Notes: generated from the letters alone by a model not told the origin. 56,706 bases of DNA from an uncultured Clostridia bacterium (GCA_944345545.1 CALVMK010000016.1:1-56706), one strand, 5' to 3'; positions 37,631 through 47,822 are shown, counted from the first letter of the stretch. Numbers and translations are program-made.

Positions 37631-37954
37631 ATGGAAACTATTGGAAGTAAAATAAAAAAACTACGCATATATCATAACTTGACACAAGAAGAACTATCAA
37701 AGAAGATAGGATATACTTCAAGAACAACAATAAATAAAATTGAAAACGATTTGGTAGACCTTCCGTTATCAAAAGTGGTAGCTTTTGCGGAAGCATTAGG
37801 AACTACTCCAACATATCTATTAGGAATTGAAAATAACGACTATGCCGACGGCACCGTTATTCTATTTTCACAAGGAAACAAACAAGTTTATAACCTAACC
37901 CAAGAACAGTTCGACATTATATCTTCTATGCTAAAACAATTTAACAAGGGGTAG
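37631..37954 (+). CDS. cI-like XRE-family repressor without a peptidase domain
   Basis: 107 aa. The HTH is LTQEELSKKIGYTSRTTINKIENDL. Divergent from the cro-like gene and followed 2 nt later by the recombinase gene. Confidence 0.8.
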   Translation: METIGSKIKKLRIYHNLTQEELSKKIGYTSRTTINKIENDLVDLPLSKVVAFAEALGTTPTYLLGIENNDYADGTVILFSQGNKQVYNLTQEQFDIISSMLKQFNKG

Positions 37955-37956
37955 AA

Positions 37957-39468
37957 ATGAATATAGTAATTTATGCAAGGTATAGCTCCGAAAAACAAAC
38001 AGAACAAAGCATAGAAGGTCAACTTAGAGTATGTAAAGAATATGCTAAAAAACATAGCTATACAATTTTAAAAGAGTATATTGACCGAGAAAAAACAGGG
38101 CAAAACGACAAACGCCCTGCATTCTTAGAAATGATAGAAGATGCAAAAAAACAAGAGTTTAATTACATACTAGTTTATAAATTAGATAGGTTTAGCCGTG
38201 ACAAATACGACAACGCCATATATAAACACCAACTAAAACAATACAATGTAAAAGTTATTTCAGCAACTGAAAATATAGACGACTCTCCAGAAGGCGAACT
38301 ATTAGAAGGCATATTAGAAATATTTGCTTCTATGTATATTAAAGATTTAAGTCAAAAGACTAAAAGAGGTATGAGAGAAAGTATATTAAAGGGCAATACC
38401 ATAGGCGGTATAGCGCTCTATGGTTATAAGGTAGTAGATAAAAAAATAGTTATAGATCAAGAAAAAGCTGCAGCGATTAGATATTTGTTTGAAGAATATG
38501 CCAACGGCAAAAGTAAAAAGAAGATTATAGAAGAATTAAATAATAAAGGATATAGAACTAGACAAGGCAAAAAACTAACCGTACATAATTTTCAAAACAA
38601 CTTAAAGAACAAAAAGTATACGGGAGTTTTTGACAATGGCGAACTAATAAATAAAAACTACTACCCTGCCATAATATCAAAAGATTTGTTTGATAAGGTT
38701 CAACTAAAACTAGAAGAACATAAACGAGCCCCAGCAACTCAAAAGGCAAAGATTGAATATGTTTTAACAGGAAAAGCTTTTTGCGGATATTGTGGCGCAA
38801 ATTTATTTGGTATAAGCGGAACTAGCAGAACGGGAAAATCGCACACTTACTATTATTGCTCTGCAAAAAGAAATTTTCATAGCTGTAAAAAATCTAACGA
38901 ACGAAAAGATGAACTAGAAAAACTTGTTGTTGAACAAACTCTTAAATATGTTTTACAAAAAGAACAAATTGATAAAATTATTGATAACATCTTACAAAAA
39001 CAAAATGAAAATGCCTTTTCAAAACAAATTTCGGAACTTGAAAAACAAATAGCGCAAATAGAAAATGATTTAGATAAATGTTTCAACATATTTTGGAACG
39101 CAAACCCGGAACTTCAAAAACGAATTAATGAAAAAGCAGAAAGCTTGCAATTACAAAAGCAAGATTTAGAAGCAAACATAAAAAAATTAAAACTAGCAAG
39201 CAGTATAAAACAAAGTAAACAAGACATTGCAAAGTTGTTTACCAAATATTTAAACGGAAACGTTTCAAATATAGACTATCAAAGAAAGATTATACAAAGC
39301 TTTGTAAACTCAGTTTTTGTATTTGACGATAAAATAGTTATATACTATAATTTATTTGGTAACAAAAAGATTACCTTTGAAGAAGCTATAAAAAATTTAT
39401 CACAACGCAGGCTAGGCAAAGAGGTTCTTATTTTAAATAATGTAGGGAGCCAATTGGGACTTACGTAA
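37957..39468 (+). CDS. Large serine recombinase (integrase)
   Basis: 503 aa. Resolvase-type N-terminus IVIYARYSSEKQ (catalytic Ser). Recombinase domain. Zinc-ribbon cysteines CGYCGANL...YYYCSAKRNFHSC. Coiled-coil C-terminal region. Confidence 0.93.
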   Translation: MNIVIYARYSSEKQTEQSIEGQLRVCKEYAKKHSYTILKEYIDREKTGQNDKRPAFLEMIEDAKKQEFNYILVYKLDRFSRDKYDNAIYKHQLKQYNVKVISATENIDDSPEGELLEGILEIFASMYIKDLSQKTKRGMRESILKGNTIGGIALYGYKVVDKKIVIDQEKAAAIRYLFEEYANGKSKKKIIEELNNKGYRTRQGKKLTVHNFQNNLKNKKYTGVFDNGELINKNYYPAIISKDLFDKVQLKLEEHKRAPATQKAKIEYVLTGKAFCGYCGANLFGISGTSRTGKSHTYYYCSAKRNFHSCKKSNERKDELEKLVVEQTLKYVLQKEQIDKIIDNILQKQNENAFSKQISELEKQIAQIENDLDKCFNIFWNANPELQKRINEKAESLQLQKQDLEANIKKLKLASSIKQSKQDIAKLFTKYLNGNVSNIDYQRKIIQSFVNSVFVFDDKIVIYYNLFGNKKITFEEAIKNLSQRRLGKEVLILNNVGSQLGLT

Positions 39469-39524
39469 GTCCTTTTTTTATTGTTTTGAAACTACGAACG
39501 TAGCAAGAACCACGCAAGCTTTCC
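39456..39524 (+). repeat. 69-nt direct repeat, copy 1 (recombinase 3' end, terminator and about 45 nt beyond)
   Basis: GGGACTTACGTAAGTCCTTTTTTTATTGTTTTGAAACTACGAACGTAGCAAGAACCACGCAAGCTTTCC. It matches 39576-39644 with 3 substitutions. Confidence 0.88.
39457..39479 (+). terminator. Intrinsic terminator overlapping the recombinase stop codon
   Basis: Perfect 16-nt palindrome GGACTTACGTAAGTCC followed by T7. Confidence 0.7.
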
Positions 39525-39575
39525 ATTGGGTTCTTCTAGGTTCGCATTGGTTTGAATTCTACTTAAAAAGAAATA

Positions 39576-39644
39576 GGGACTCACGTAAGTCCTTTTTTTA
39601 TTGTCTTGAAACTACGAACGTAGTAAGAACCACGCAAGCTTTCC
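39576..39644 (+). repeat. 69-nt direct repeat, copy 2
   Basis: Same sequence 120 nt downstream, with substitutions at 39581, 39605 and 39624. The 51-nt interval between the copies contains the candidate att core GTTCGCATTG. Confidence 0.88.
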
Positions 39645-39724
39645 CTTAAACTATTCTAAGTTTTAATTAAAATGCCAACTTAATAATTTTGTTTATATTA
39701 AATTTTTGCATTAAAAAAAGAGCT

Positions 39725-40255
39725 CTAATTAAGCTCTTTTTTATTTCTTTTCACTATAAATAGTGGCAAAAATGTTGCAAAGCCAGCAATTCCTACTACA
39801 AACAAAACTATGTCAACTATAATCATTGTCTTCATTGGCGCATAGTCGTCCTCTTGCATTAAAACAAACAAATTATCATTTTTATCGTTATATATTATTT
39901 CAATATCCTTATTTTCATAATAATTATTACTTAAATTAACTTGTGTAGTTATTCCACCAAAAGGTATTATATTGATTGTAAATTCTTCTAACAAAGACGA
40001 TTCACCTGTAATATTATCTTTAATATTTATTTTTAATTGTAAATTGTCATAAGTCTTTAATGATAAATTTTTAAATGTTAGCTCTAATCTTTCACTATCT
40101 TCATAGTATATAGTTTCCTCTTTTAACCAAAATACGTTTGAATCTGGACCATTTACAAATAGCAAATTAATAGTTGTTATACCAAAATATAACATTAATA
40201 TTCCAAAAATAATTGTTAAGACTAAATATTTTTTAAAATCTTGTTTTTTTAGCAT
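39725..40255 (-). CDS. Hypothetical bitopic membrane protein
   Basis: 176 aa with TM helices at both ends (YLVLTIIFGILMLYFGITTINLLF and MIIVDIVLFVVGIAGFATFLPLFIV) flanking an Asn/Glu-rich domain. AAGGAGAATG RBS region. Confidence 0.62.
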   Translation of the reverse strand: MLKKQDFKKYLVLTIIFGILMLYFGITTINLLFVNGPDSNVFWLKEETIYYEDSERLELTFKNLSLKTYDNLQLKINIKDNITGESSLLEEFTINIIPFGGITTQVNLSNNYYENKDIEIIYNDKNDNLFVLMQEDDYAPMKTMIIVDIVLFVVGIAGFATFLPLFIVKRNKKELN

Positions 40256-40487
40256 ATTTCATTCTCCTTAATAATATTTGGGCTTTATTTAAGTTTAACA
40301 CTTTAAAAATTCCTTATTAAAATAACTCCGTCACTTATTGTATTTGAACTTGCAATCTTTTTTTACATTTTTAATCTTGATTTAGGGTTTTACAACTATG
40401 CCACACTTAGTTTTAATTTCTAATTTAGTTTAATACGAAATAAAATAAACGTCAAGTTTTAAAAAATAAAAAATGTAAACAAGATGT

Positions 40488-41606
40488 CTACATTTTTATA
40501 TCTTTAATTTTACTTTGCTTTGCAACATTTAAACATATTCCTATAGCACTCATAAACACAATTAAACTTGTTGAACCCGCACTAATAAATGGCAATGGAA
40601 GCCCCGTTGGTGGAATACTTCCTGTTACTACTGCTATGTTTAATATGGTTTGTACAGCTATAACACTTGCCACCCCTGCAACTAACAACATGGCATACCT
40701 TGTTTTTGCTCGTCTTGCTATTGTTATTAAACTTATTACTAATATCACAAATACTAAGATTATAAACATAGCCCCAACAAAGCCTAATTCTTCACCTATT
40801 ATGGAAAATATGAAATCTGATTCTGCAAACGGTAAAAAACTATATTTTTGTCTAGAATTAAAAAGCCCAACCCCAAATAATCCACCAGCACCTAAGCCGT
40901 ATAATGATTGTATTAATTGAAAGCCTTCGTCTAAAGGTGATGCCCATGGATTTAAAAATGCCATCAACCTTTTAACTCTATATGGCTCCATAAATATTAA
41001 TGCTGGCACAGCTAGTGCCCCAGGAATAGCTAAAAAAGTAAAGTGTTTTGCACTTATTCCACCTAGAAACAACATTATTATAAGCACTAAGCCTATACAC
41101 ATTGTTATGCTCATGTTTGGCTCTAAAATAACAAGTCCACAAAATAAGCCACCAACAAACAATGGGGCAAGCAAAGTTTTAAATTTCTTTACTTTATTAT
41201 AGTTTTCAGATAAATGAACGGCACAAAAAAACACTAGAACAAATTTTGCTATTTCACTTGGTTGAAGAGTAAAAAGACCTAAACCTATCCACCGTTTTGC
41301 CCCGTAATTTTCAATTCCAATTCCAGGAATAAAAACTAAGACAAGCAAAATAACACTGCCTATAACAGCAAGCCACTTAAATTTTTTTAGTTTTTCATGA
41401 TTTATAAAGGTGCAAACAAACATACTTAGTAAGCCAAGCGCAACACCTATTATCTGCTTTATTAAAAAATAATACTCATTACCAAAGTTTTTCCCAGAAG
41501 AATAATAACTTGCACTATAAACCAATATGCAACCAAAAATGCTTAAAAACAATACGCAAGCAATTACTATTATTTCTGTTTTACCTAGCCATGTTTTTCT
41601 TTTCAT
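40488..41606 (-). CDS. spoVE: SEDS-family peptidoglycan polymerase (FtsW/RodA/SpoVE)
   Basis: 372 aa polytopic protein in the murD-downstream position occupied by spoVE in spore formers. Conserved SEFAK-like SEIAKF and PLPFISAGSTS motifs. 1-nt stop/start overlap with murD. Confidence 0.88.
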   Translation of the reverse strand: MKRKTWLGKTEIIVIACVLFLSIFGCILVYSASYYSSGKNFGNEYYFLIKQIIGVALGLLSMFVCTFINHEKLKKFKWLAVIGSVILLVLVFIPGIGIENYGAKRWIGLGLFTLQPSEIAKFVLVFFCAVHLSENYNKVKKFKTLLAPLFVGGLFCGLVILEPNMSITMCIGLVLIIMLFLGGISAKHFTFLAIPGALAVPALIFMEPYRVKRLMAFLNPWASPLDEGFQLIQSLYGLGAGGLFGVGLFNSRQKYSFLPFAESDFIFSIIGEELGFVGAMFIILVFVILVISLITIARRAKTRYAMLLVAGVASVIAVQTILNIAVVTGSIPPTGLPLPFISAGSTSLIVFMSAIGICLNVAKQSKIKDIKM

Positions 41607-42895
41607 TAATCACCCATTTTTAGCTTTCTTACTAAACTTGCAAAATAATCTCCTCGTTGCTTATAGCTTGTAAATTCATCAAAACTAGCACACGCAGGAG
41701 ATAGCAATACAACACTGCCTGGTCTTGACATTTCATAAGCTTTAAAAAATGCTTTACTTAAATTTTCTTCATAAGCTATTCTTTCAGCTTTAGCACTGCT
41801 TAATATTTCTAATCCGCATTCCCCAAAACATACAACGCCACTTAACTTGTTTTCAAATATTGGAGAAAAGTCTAAATTTTTTCCACGTCCCCCTAGCATT
41901 AAAATTATGTTTTTGTTTTTAAAAGCTTGCAAGGCACATAATGTGCTAGATATGTTTGTAGACTTACTATCATCAACAAACATTACATCATCTATGACAT
42001 CAACAAGCTCTAGCCTATGTTTTAAAGGTTTGAAATTTATAATTGCTTTTTTTATTGCACCATTTTTAATTTTACCAAGTTTAGCTAAGGTTATGCACGC
42101 TAAAACATTTTCTAAGTTTTTATCTCCAAGTAAATTTATCTCATTGACATTTATTATCTTTTCTTTTTTATAACAAACAAAATTATCTTTTATGTAAGCA
42201 CCGTTTACCTTTCCATGTTTTGAAAAAAGTATTGCATTTGAGTAGTTTTTTGATAAATTATATGAAATTTCATCATCAGCATTAAAAACTTTATATTTAG
42301 CACCATTTAAAAGCTTTAGTTTTAAAGCTATGTAGTTTTCCATTGTTTTGTGCCTATCTAAATGGTCTTGGACTACATTTAATAGAACAGATGCAAAAGA
42401 AGATATATTAGTTGTTGTTTCCATTTGAAAACTACTAACTTCGCAGACAGCATAGTCGCCTTTGTGCATTTCTTTAACTACGCTTGTAACAGGAGTTCCA
42501 ACATTTCCAAACAATTTACTGTTTTTCCCAGCTTGCAAAAAAATAGAGTTAAGCAAATTTACGCAAGTGGTTTTACCATTTGTTCCAGTTATACAAAAAA
42601 GTTTAGCTTTTAAATTTTCTAACCCTAATTCTAATTCGCTTTTTAAATGAACATCTTTTTCTTTTAAAAAATTTATGTTTGAAGAATTTATATCTACCCC
42701 AGGACTTATTACAGCAAAATCTATGGTAGAAGTGTTTAAATTAGTTAGATTTTTTATCATTGTTGCTCTTTCTACAACACTTTTTTTATCATCATATGCA
42801 TACAATAGTGCTCCGTTATCGGCAAGAAAATTTATAGCAGACTTTCCGCTTGTCCCAAGGCCATAAACTAAAACTATTTTTTTATCGTATTTCAT
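41606..42895 (-). CDS. murD: UDP-N-acetylmuramoylalanine--D-glutamate ligase
   Basis: The start is placed at the ATG at 42895 (MKYDKKIVLVYGLGTSGKS), preceded by GGGGG and overlapping the mraY stop by 1 nt. The longer track ORF start lacks an RBS. P-loop GTNGKTT. Confidence 0.92.
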   Translation of the reverse strand: MKYDKKIVLVYGLGTSGKSAINFLADNGALLYAYDDKKSVVERATMIKNLTNLNTSTIDFAVISPGVDINSSNINFLKEKDVHLKSELELGLENLKAKLFCITGTNGKTTCVNLLNSIFLQAGKNSKLFGNVGTPVTSVVKEMHKGDYAVCEVSSFQMETTTNISSFASVLLNVVQDHLDRHKTMENYIALKLKLLNGAKYKVFNADDEISYNLSKNYSNAILFSKHGKVNGAYIKDNFVCYKKEKIINVNEINLLGDKNLENVLACITLAKLGKIKNGAIKKAIINFKPLKHRLELVDVIDDVMFVDDSKSTNISSTLCALQAFKNKNIILMLGGRGKNLDFSPIFENKLSGVVCFGECGLEILSSAKAERIAYEENLSKAFFKAYEMSRPGSVVLLSPACASFDEFTSYKQRGDYFASLVRKLKMGD

Positions 42896-43902
42896 TATAC
42901 CCCCAAGGTAAAATATGCTATCAAACAGCTTAAACAAGCTAGTAAGATGGTTATAACTATATATACGATAACAATCTTGTTTTCATGCACTCCTTTTTTT
43001 TCAAAATGATGGTGTAATGGTGCCATTAAAAATACACGTTTCTTTGTTCTTTTATAATGCAACACTTGAATAATGTCGGATAATGATGTTAAAACATATA
43101 AAAGCCCTATTATTGGCACATATAAAATTAGTCTTGAAAAAATGGCAATCGCAGAAATAAAACCCCCTATAGCCAAAGAACCTGTATCGCCCATAAAAAC
43201 ACACGCAGGGTGAGCATTTAAAACTAAAAATACAAGCAGTCCACCAAGCAAACAGGCACTAACCAACAATAAATTATTTTGCTCTGCAATGAAGTTTAAA
43301 CTTTGCCCTGTTGTTACACTTAAATGTAACGCTATTAAGCCCATAAAACCTATGAGATAGAAAAAACTTACTCCCCCAGCTAGTCCATCTAAACCATCAA
43401 GCAAGTTTACACTGTTTGTAATTGCTAAAAACACAAACACACAAAATGGAATGTACAAAATGCCTAAAGCTAAAGTTAAGTTTGTAAACGGAACTATTAC
43501 GCTTGTCCCAACTAAATTTGAATAATATGCAAAAAAAGCAATTAGAATTGCTAGTCCAACTTGTCCAAAAGCCTTTTGATAAGCTCTTAAACCTAAATTT
43601 TGTTTATATCTAACTTTAATAAAATCATCTAAAAACCCTAAAATGCCAAAACCAAGCATGGACGCTAGCGTTATAATTGCTAAAGTGTAATCTTTAGTAA
43701 AAACAAATAAACTTGTAAGAACTGCAGAAATTATAAATATCAATCCGCCCATTGTGGGAGTGCCTTGCTTTTTTTCATGAGCTTCAACATAGTGCAGTAT
43801 TGTTTGTGAAGCATGCATTTTTCTTAATAGTTTCATTATAAACGGCGAAATAAGTCCTGCAACAGCAAAACTTATCAAAAAAGCTATTAATATGTTTGTC
43901 AT
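42895..43902 (-). CDS. mraY: Phospho-N-acetylmuramoyl-pentapeptide transferase
   Basis: 335 aa polytopic protein. NLLDGLDGLAGG and MGDTGSLAIGG motifs. 4-nt overlap with murE. Confidence 0.95.
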   Translation of the reverse strand: MTNILIAFLISFAVAGLISPFIMKLLRKMHASQTILHYVEAHEKKQGTPTMGGLIFIISAVLTSLFVFTKDYTLAIITLASMLGFGILGFLDDFIKVRYKQNLGLRAYQKAFGQVGLAILIAFFAYYSNLVGTSVIVPFTNLTLALGILYIPFCVFVFLAITNSVNLLDGLDGLAGGVSFFYLIGFMGLIALHLSVTTGQSLNFIAEQNNLLLVSACLLGGLLVFLVLNAHPACVFMGDTGSLAIGGFISAIAIFSRLILYVPIIGLLYVLTSLSDIIQVLHYKRTKKRVFLMAPLHHHFEKKGVHENKIVIVYIVITILLACLSCLIAYFTLGV

Positions 43903-45323
43903 AATATTTTTTCTATCTCCTCAAAATCATTATATGGCGTCTTTACACCATTTATATCTTGATATAACTCCGCCCCTTTTCCTAGAAGTGCTATAACTCC
44001 GCCGTCTTGCACTAAAGTTAATGCATATTTGATTGCTTCTCTTCTATCTACTATTTTTATGTGATTATCTTTTTTCATGCCTTTTTCTATATCGTCTAAT
44101 ATTTTACTTGGGTCTTCAAATCTAGGGTTATCACTTGTTATAACAACGTAATTAGAATATTTTTCAGCTATTGAGCCCATTATAGACCTTTTGCCAGTAT
44201 CCCTGTTTCCCCCACAACCAAAAACACAAATTAACTTTTCAAAATACACATCTTTTATAGTTTTTAAAACGTTTTCCATTCCGTCAGGAGTATGCGCAAA
44301 ATCAATTATGACTGTGATATCTTTTGAAAGATTAATAACACTAAATCTTCCAAGCGGGGCTTTGACCTTTTTTAATCCGCGAATTATAGTCTTTTCATTA
44401 ATCCCCAAAGCATAACAGGTGGATATGCCTGCCAATATGTTATAAACGTTAAACTGACCAACAAGGTTACATTCCACTTTAAAAACGCTGTCAAGAGCAT
44501 TAACTACAAACTTAGAACAACTTAAACTTTTTTCTATATCAAGAGCAAACACATCACTTGGGTTGTTTAGCCCATAGCTTATTGTGGGCACATTTATTTT
44601 GCTTAAATTGTTTCTTATCCTGCTATCGTCTATGTTCACAACAGCTGTTTTTACATGTTTTGAATTTAAAAAGCTTATTTTAGTTTTTTCATAATGCTTC
44701 ATTGTATTAAAAAAATCTAAATGGTCTTGTGTAATGTTTGTTATAACGCCAACTTCAAAAGTTATTCCGTCTAGTTTGTTTAAATATATTGCATGAGCTG
44801 AAGCTTCCATTACCACATAATCAACTTTCATATCAACCATTTTACGCAGTGTAGCAAAAAGCTCTGTTGGGTCTGGAGTTGTTAAATTGGTTTTATAGCT
44901 TCTTCCATTAATAAATGTTCCTTGCGTTCCAATAACTCCAACTTTATAACCTGCTTCTTTTAAAATACTCTTAATAATGAATGTAGATGTTGTTTTGCCA
45001 TTAGTTCCTGTAATGCCAATAAATTTTAAACTTTTTTCAGGATTTTGATAAAATTTTGCACAAAACTTAGATAGTGCCGACCTAGTGTTTTTTACTAAAA
45101 CTTGTGGAATGTTTACCTGTTGCAACTTTTCAACAACAATAGCACTAGCCCCTAGGCTAGAAACTTCTCGAGCAAAATTATGTCCATCAAAATTTTCACC
45201 CTTTAAACAAAAGTATAAACTTCCTTTTTTTACTTCAGCACTTTTAAATGTAAGACTATTAATCTCAACATTTTTATCTCCAACTATTTCGCCATCATCA
45301 CCAATTAAATCGTTTAATAACAT
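43899..45323 (-). CDS. murE: UDP-N-acetylmuramoyl-L-alanyl-D-glutamate--2,6-diaminopimelate ligase
   Basis: The start is placed at the ATG at 45323 (MLLNDLIGD..., GGAGAG upstream). The track GTG at 45368 lacks an RBS. P-loop GTNGKTT. The DNPR motif (TSDNPRFEDP) is associated with meso-DAP specificity. Confidence 0.92.
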   Translation of the reverse strand: MLLNDLIGDDGEIVGDKNVEINSLTFKSAEVKKGSLYFCLKGENFDGHNFAREVSSLGASAIVVEKLQQVNIPQVLVKNTRSALSKFCAKFYQNPEKSLKFIGITGTNGKTTSTFIIKSILKEAGYKVGVIGTQGTFINGRSYKTNLTTPDPTELFATLRKMVDMKVDYVVMEASAHAIYLNKLDGITFEVGVITNITQDHLDFFNTMKHYEKTKISFLNSKHVKTAVVNIDDSRIRNNLSKINVPTISYGLNNPSDVFALDIEKSLSCSKFVVNALDSVFKVECNLVGQFNVYNILAGISTCYALGINEKTIIRGLKKVKAPLGRFSVINLSKDITVIIDFAHTPDGMENVLKTIKDVYFEKLICVFGCGGNRDTGKRSIMGSIAEKYSNYVVITSDNPRFEDPSKILDDIEKGMKKDNHIKIVDRREAIKYALTLVQDGGVIALLGKGAELYQDINGVKTPYNDFEEIEKIL

Positions 45324-45504
45324 AATCTCTCCAATAAAAATATATTCATTTTTTTGTTTTAAGTTCACAACGCTCTTTTGTTATGAATATTTTAATATGA
45401 CTAAAAACTTTTTATATGCACAAATTAAAAACAGACAAAAATTTACAAAAAGCTTGGCAAAAAAGCATATGTGTGTTAAAATGTTTTTGCTTAAAAGGAA
45501 ATTT

Positions 45505-46440
45505 ATGAGAAAAATAGACTTAGAACGCCGTCATGGAAACATTATGAGAAATAGCTTTGATTTAAGTTTAATTAATAGAGAAGCAAAAGATAATTTAATA
45601 GAATTGATAAATACATCTGAATATTTATATAAAAGTCAAATAAGACACATAGTAAAAGAAATAGAAGAATTAAAAACAAGAATTGTTTTACTAGCTGGTC
45701 CGTCTTCTTCTGGAAAAACAACAACTTCACATTTAATAAGAACGAGTTTGCAAGAAAAAGGAATAGATAGTTTTGTAGTTTCTTTAGATGACTTTTTTAA
45801 AAATAGAGAAGACACTCCACGTCTGCCAGATGGGAGCTATGATTTTGAAAGCATAAACGCAATAGACTTAGAATATTTAAACAAGTTCATTGATGAAATA
45901 TTAGAAAAAAGGCAATCTAAAATGCCAATTTTCGATTTTATAACTGGAAAAAGAAAAGACCAGCTTATAGATGTGAATTTAAAAGAAAATACTGTTGTTA
46001 TTTTTGAAGGTATACATGCATTAAATCCAATGCTGATAAATGACCATGAAAATGATATATATAAAATTTACATATGTTTAAACAGCAATTTTTTTATTGG
46101 TGATGGCATAATAATTCCAGCAAAAAGATTAAGACAAATGAGACGCCTTATAAGAGATTATAATTTTAGAGGACATAGTTTATCTAAAACTTTTGAGCTA
46201 TGGAGTAATGTTTTGCGTGGTGAAGACATGTATATTAAGCCTTTTAAAACAACAGCTAATTACATTTTAGATTCAACCCACATGTATGAACCATTAGTTT
46301 ACGCAACCTATCTATCCCCACTTTTAAAAGATATGCAAGAAAAAGATGCCAAAGAATTATACTCTATGCTTCAAAAATGTGGAAAATTAAATAAAGATAT
46401 TGTTCCAGAAGGCAGTTTGTTAAACGAGTTTATAAAATAG
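45505..46440 (+). CDS. P-loop kinase of the uridine kinase / phosphoribulokinase family
   Basis: The start is placed at the ATG at 45505 (MRKIDLERR..., AAAGGA upstream). The upstream 140 codons of the track ORF lie antisense to murE and in the intergenic region, and look non-coding. Walker A GPSSSGKTTT and the IFEGIHALNP block are typical of Udk/PRK-family proteins. Confidence 0.72.
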   Translation: MRKIDLERRHGNIMRNSFDLSLINREAKDNLIELINTSEYLYKSQIRHIVKEIEELKTRIVLLAGPSSSGKTTTSHLIRTSLQEKGIDSFVVSLDDFFKNREDTPRLPDGSYDFESINAIDLEYLNKFIDEILEKRQSKMPIFDFITGKRKDQLIDVNLKENTVVIFEGIHALNPMLINDHENDIYKIYICLNSNFFIGDGIIIPAKRLRQMRRLIRDYNFRGHSLSKTFELWSNVLRGEDMYIKPFKTTANYILDSTHMYEPLVYATYLSPLLKDMQEKDAKELYSMLQKCGKLNKDIVPEGSLLNEFIK

Positions 46441-46613
46441 CAATATAATTAAAACTTATGAATTATTATTTTCATATTTAAGCAAACTTATTAAAAATGC
46501 AATATTTACTATTAACAACTGAAAAAAATAAAATTTGTAATTTGAGATAATTTTTTTTAACATAAAAATCATTAAATAAAAAGCTAAATTTAAAAAATTA
46601 ATATTTAGCTTTT

Positions 46614-47786
46614 TTATTTTATATTTGTTAAACAAACAAGCGTTTCAACATGATGGGTTTGTGGAAACATATCAAAAGGCCTAATATAAGTTATCTTATA
46701 ATTACTTATTAACAAGCTTAAATCTCTTGCTAATGTTGCAGGATTACAGGAAAGATATATAATTTTTTTCGGTTTTTTATCTAATAAACTTTTTATTACC
46801 TTTTTATTAACTCCAGCTCGTGGAGGGTCTAAAACACAAATGTCAAAATTAAGCTTATTAAGCTCAACTGCTGAATCTCCATTTATGTTTGTTAAGTTAT
46901 CTAGCTTATTTTCCTTTTTTAACTTTTCTGCATTGTTTGTTGAAATTTTATTAATCTCTATTCCAGTTACATGTTTTGCTTTTTTTGATATTATTGCACT
47001 TAAAAGTCCACTTCCAGAATAGGCATCAACAACTTCTTCTCCGCCGTCAATAAAGTTCAAAATTTGCTGATATACTATATTTTTTACTTCATCATTTATT
47101 TGATAAAATGAATTATTTGTAAAAGGATAAACAATATTGAATTCTTTTTTCAAAAAATAATTTTCACCAAGGCTAAATATCAATTTTTCATTAAAATATA
47201 CCTTAATGCTAAAATCAACAAATATTTTTTTAATTTCTTTTTCTAATTCTTTTATAAAAGCATAATTTTTACTGCTTAGTTTAATAGTTATTATAACTTT
47301 TTTTTCACTATTTTGAATTATTACTTCTTTAAAATTGTTTTTATTTATTTTAGTTAAAGCATTCACTACTAAATTAATTTCTTTACTTGCAATTTTACAT
47401 TCATTGATTTGAATTATATCATGTGAATTATATCTTAAAAATCCAAGTATTCCATTTTCGCACTTTAATGTTATTTTGTTTCTATAATAAAAAATTTTTT
47501 CACTTGGATAACAGCTTAAAACTTCACAATCAATTTTAAATTTTTTTAATATATTTTTAATTTTTTGTGTTTTAAATTCTAAACTTTGATTATATTCTAA
47601 ATGCTGAAGGTCGCACCCACCACACTCTTTATAATATTTGCAAATTGGCTCTATTCGGTATTCGCTTCTTTTTATCAATTCACCTTCAACAATTTCTTCT
47701 CCAGGCAAATAAAAAGGCACAAAAACAGCTTTATTGTTTTCATGCGCAATACCTTCTCCATTCATTCCTATATCATCTATATGCAC
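46614..47786 (-). CDS. 23S rRNA (uracil-5-)-methyltransferase, RumA/RlmCD family
   Basis: 390 aa. 4Fe-4S Cys cluster CKYYKECGGCDLQH, SAM motif DAYSGSGLLS, catalytic YLSCNPATLARD. Confidence 0.85.
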   Translation of the reverse strand: MHIDDIGMNGEGIAHENNKAVFVPFYLPGEEIVEGELIKRSEYRIEPICKYYKECGGCDLQHLEYNQSLEFKTQKIKNILKKFKIDCEVLSCYPSEKIFYYRNKITLKCENGILGFLRYNSHDIIQINECKIASKEINLVVNALTKINKNNFKEVIIQNSEKKVIITIKLSSKNYAFIKELEKEIKKIFVDFSIKVYFNEKLIFSLGENYFLKKEFNIVYPFTNNSFYQINDEVKNIVYQQILNFIDGGEEVVDAYSGSGLLSAIISKKAKHVTGIEINKISTNNAEKLKKENKLDNLTNINGDSAVELNKLNFDICVLDPPRAGVNKKVIKSLLDKKPKKIIYLSCNPATLARDLSLLISNYKITYIRPFDMFPQTHHVETLVCLTNIK

Positions 47787-47822
47787 AAAATAAGTGTAAC
47801 ATATTTTCTTTATTTTTGCAAA

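Larger units (their letters stand above)
35115..39549. mobile_element. Small (~4.4 kb) integrative element with a large serine recombinase; boundaries tentative
   Basis: Contains a serine recombinase, a divergent cro/cI-type HTH pair, a replisome-organizer-like gene and small ORFs with translational coupling. The 10-mer GTTCGCATTG occurs at 35115-35124 and 39540-39549, each close to TTTGAATTC, and is taken as the candidate att core. Confidence 0.5.

Noticed and set aside
45085-45504. N-terminal 140 codons of the track ORF 45085-46440.
   Set aside because: This part runs antisense to the 5' end of murE and through the intergenic region, and has a low-complexity translation. An ATG with an AAAGGA RBS at 45505 precedes the recognisable kinase sequence.
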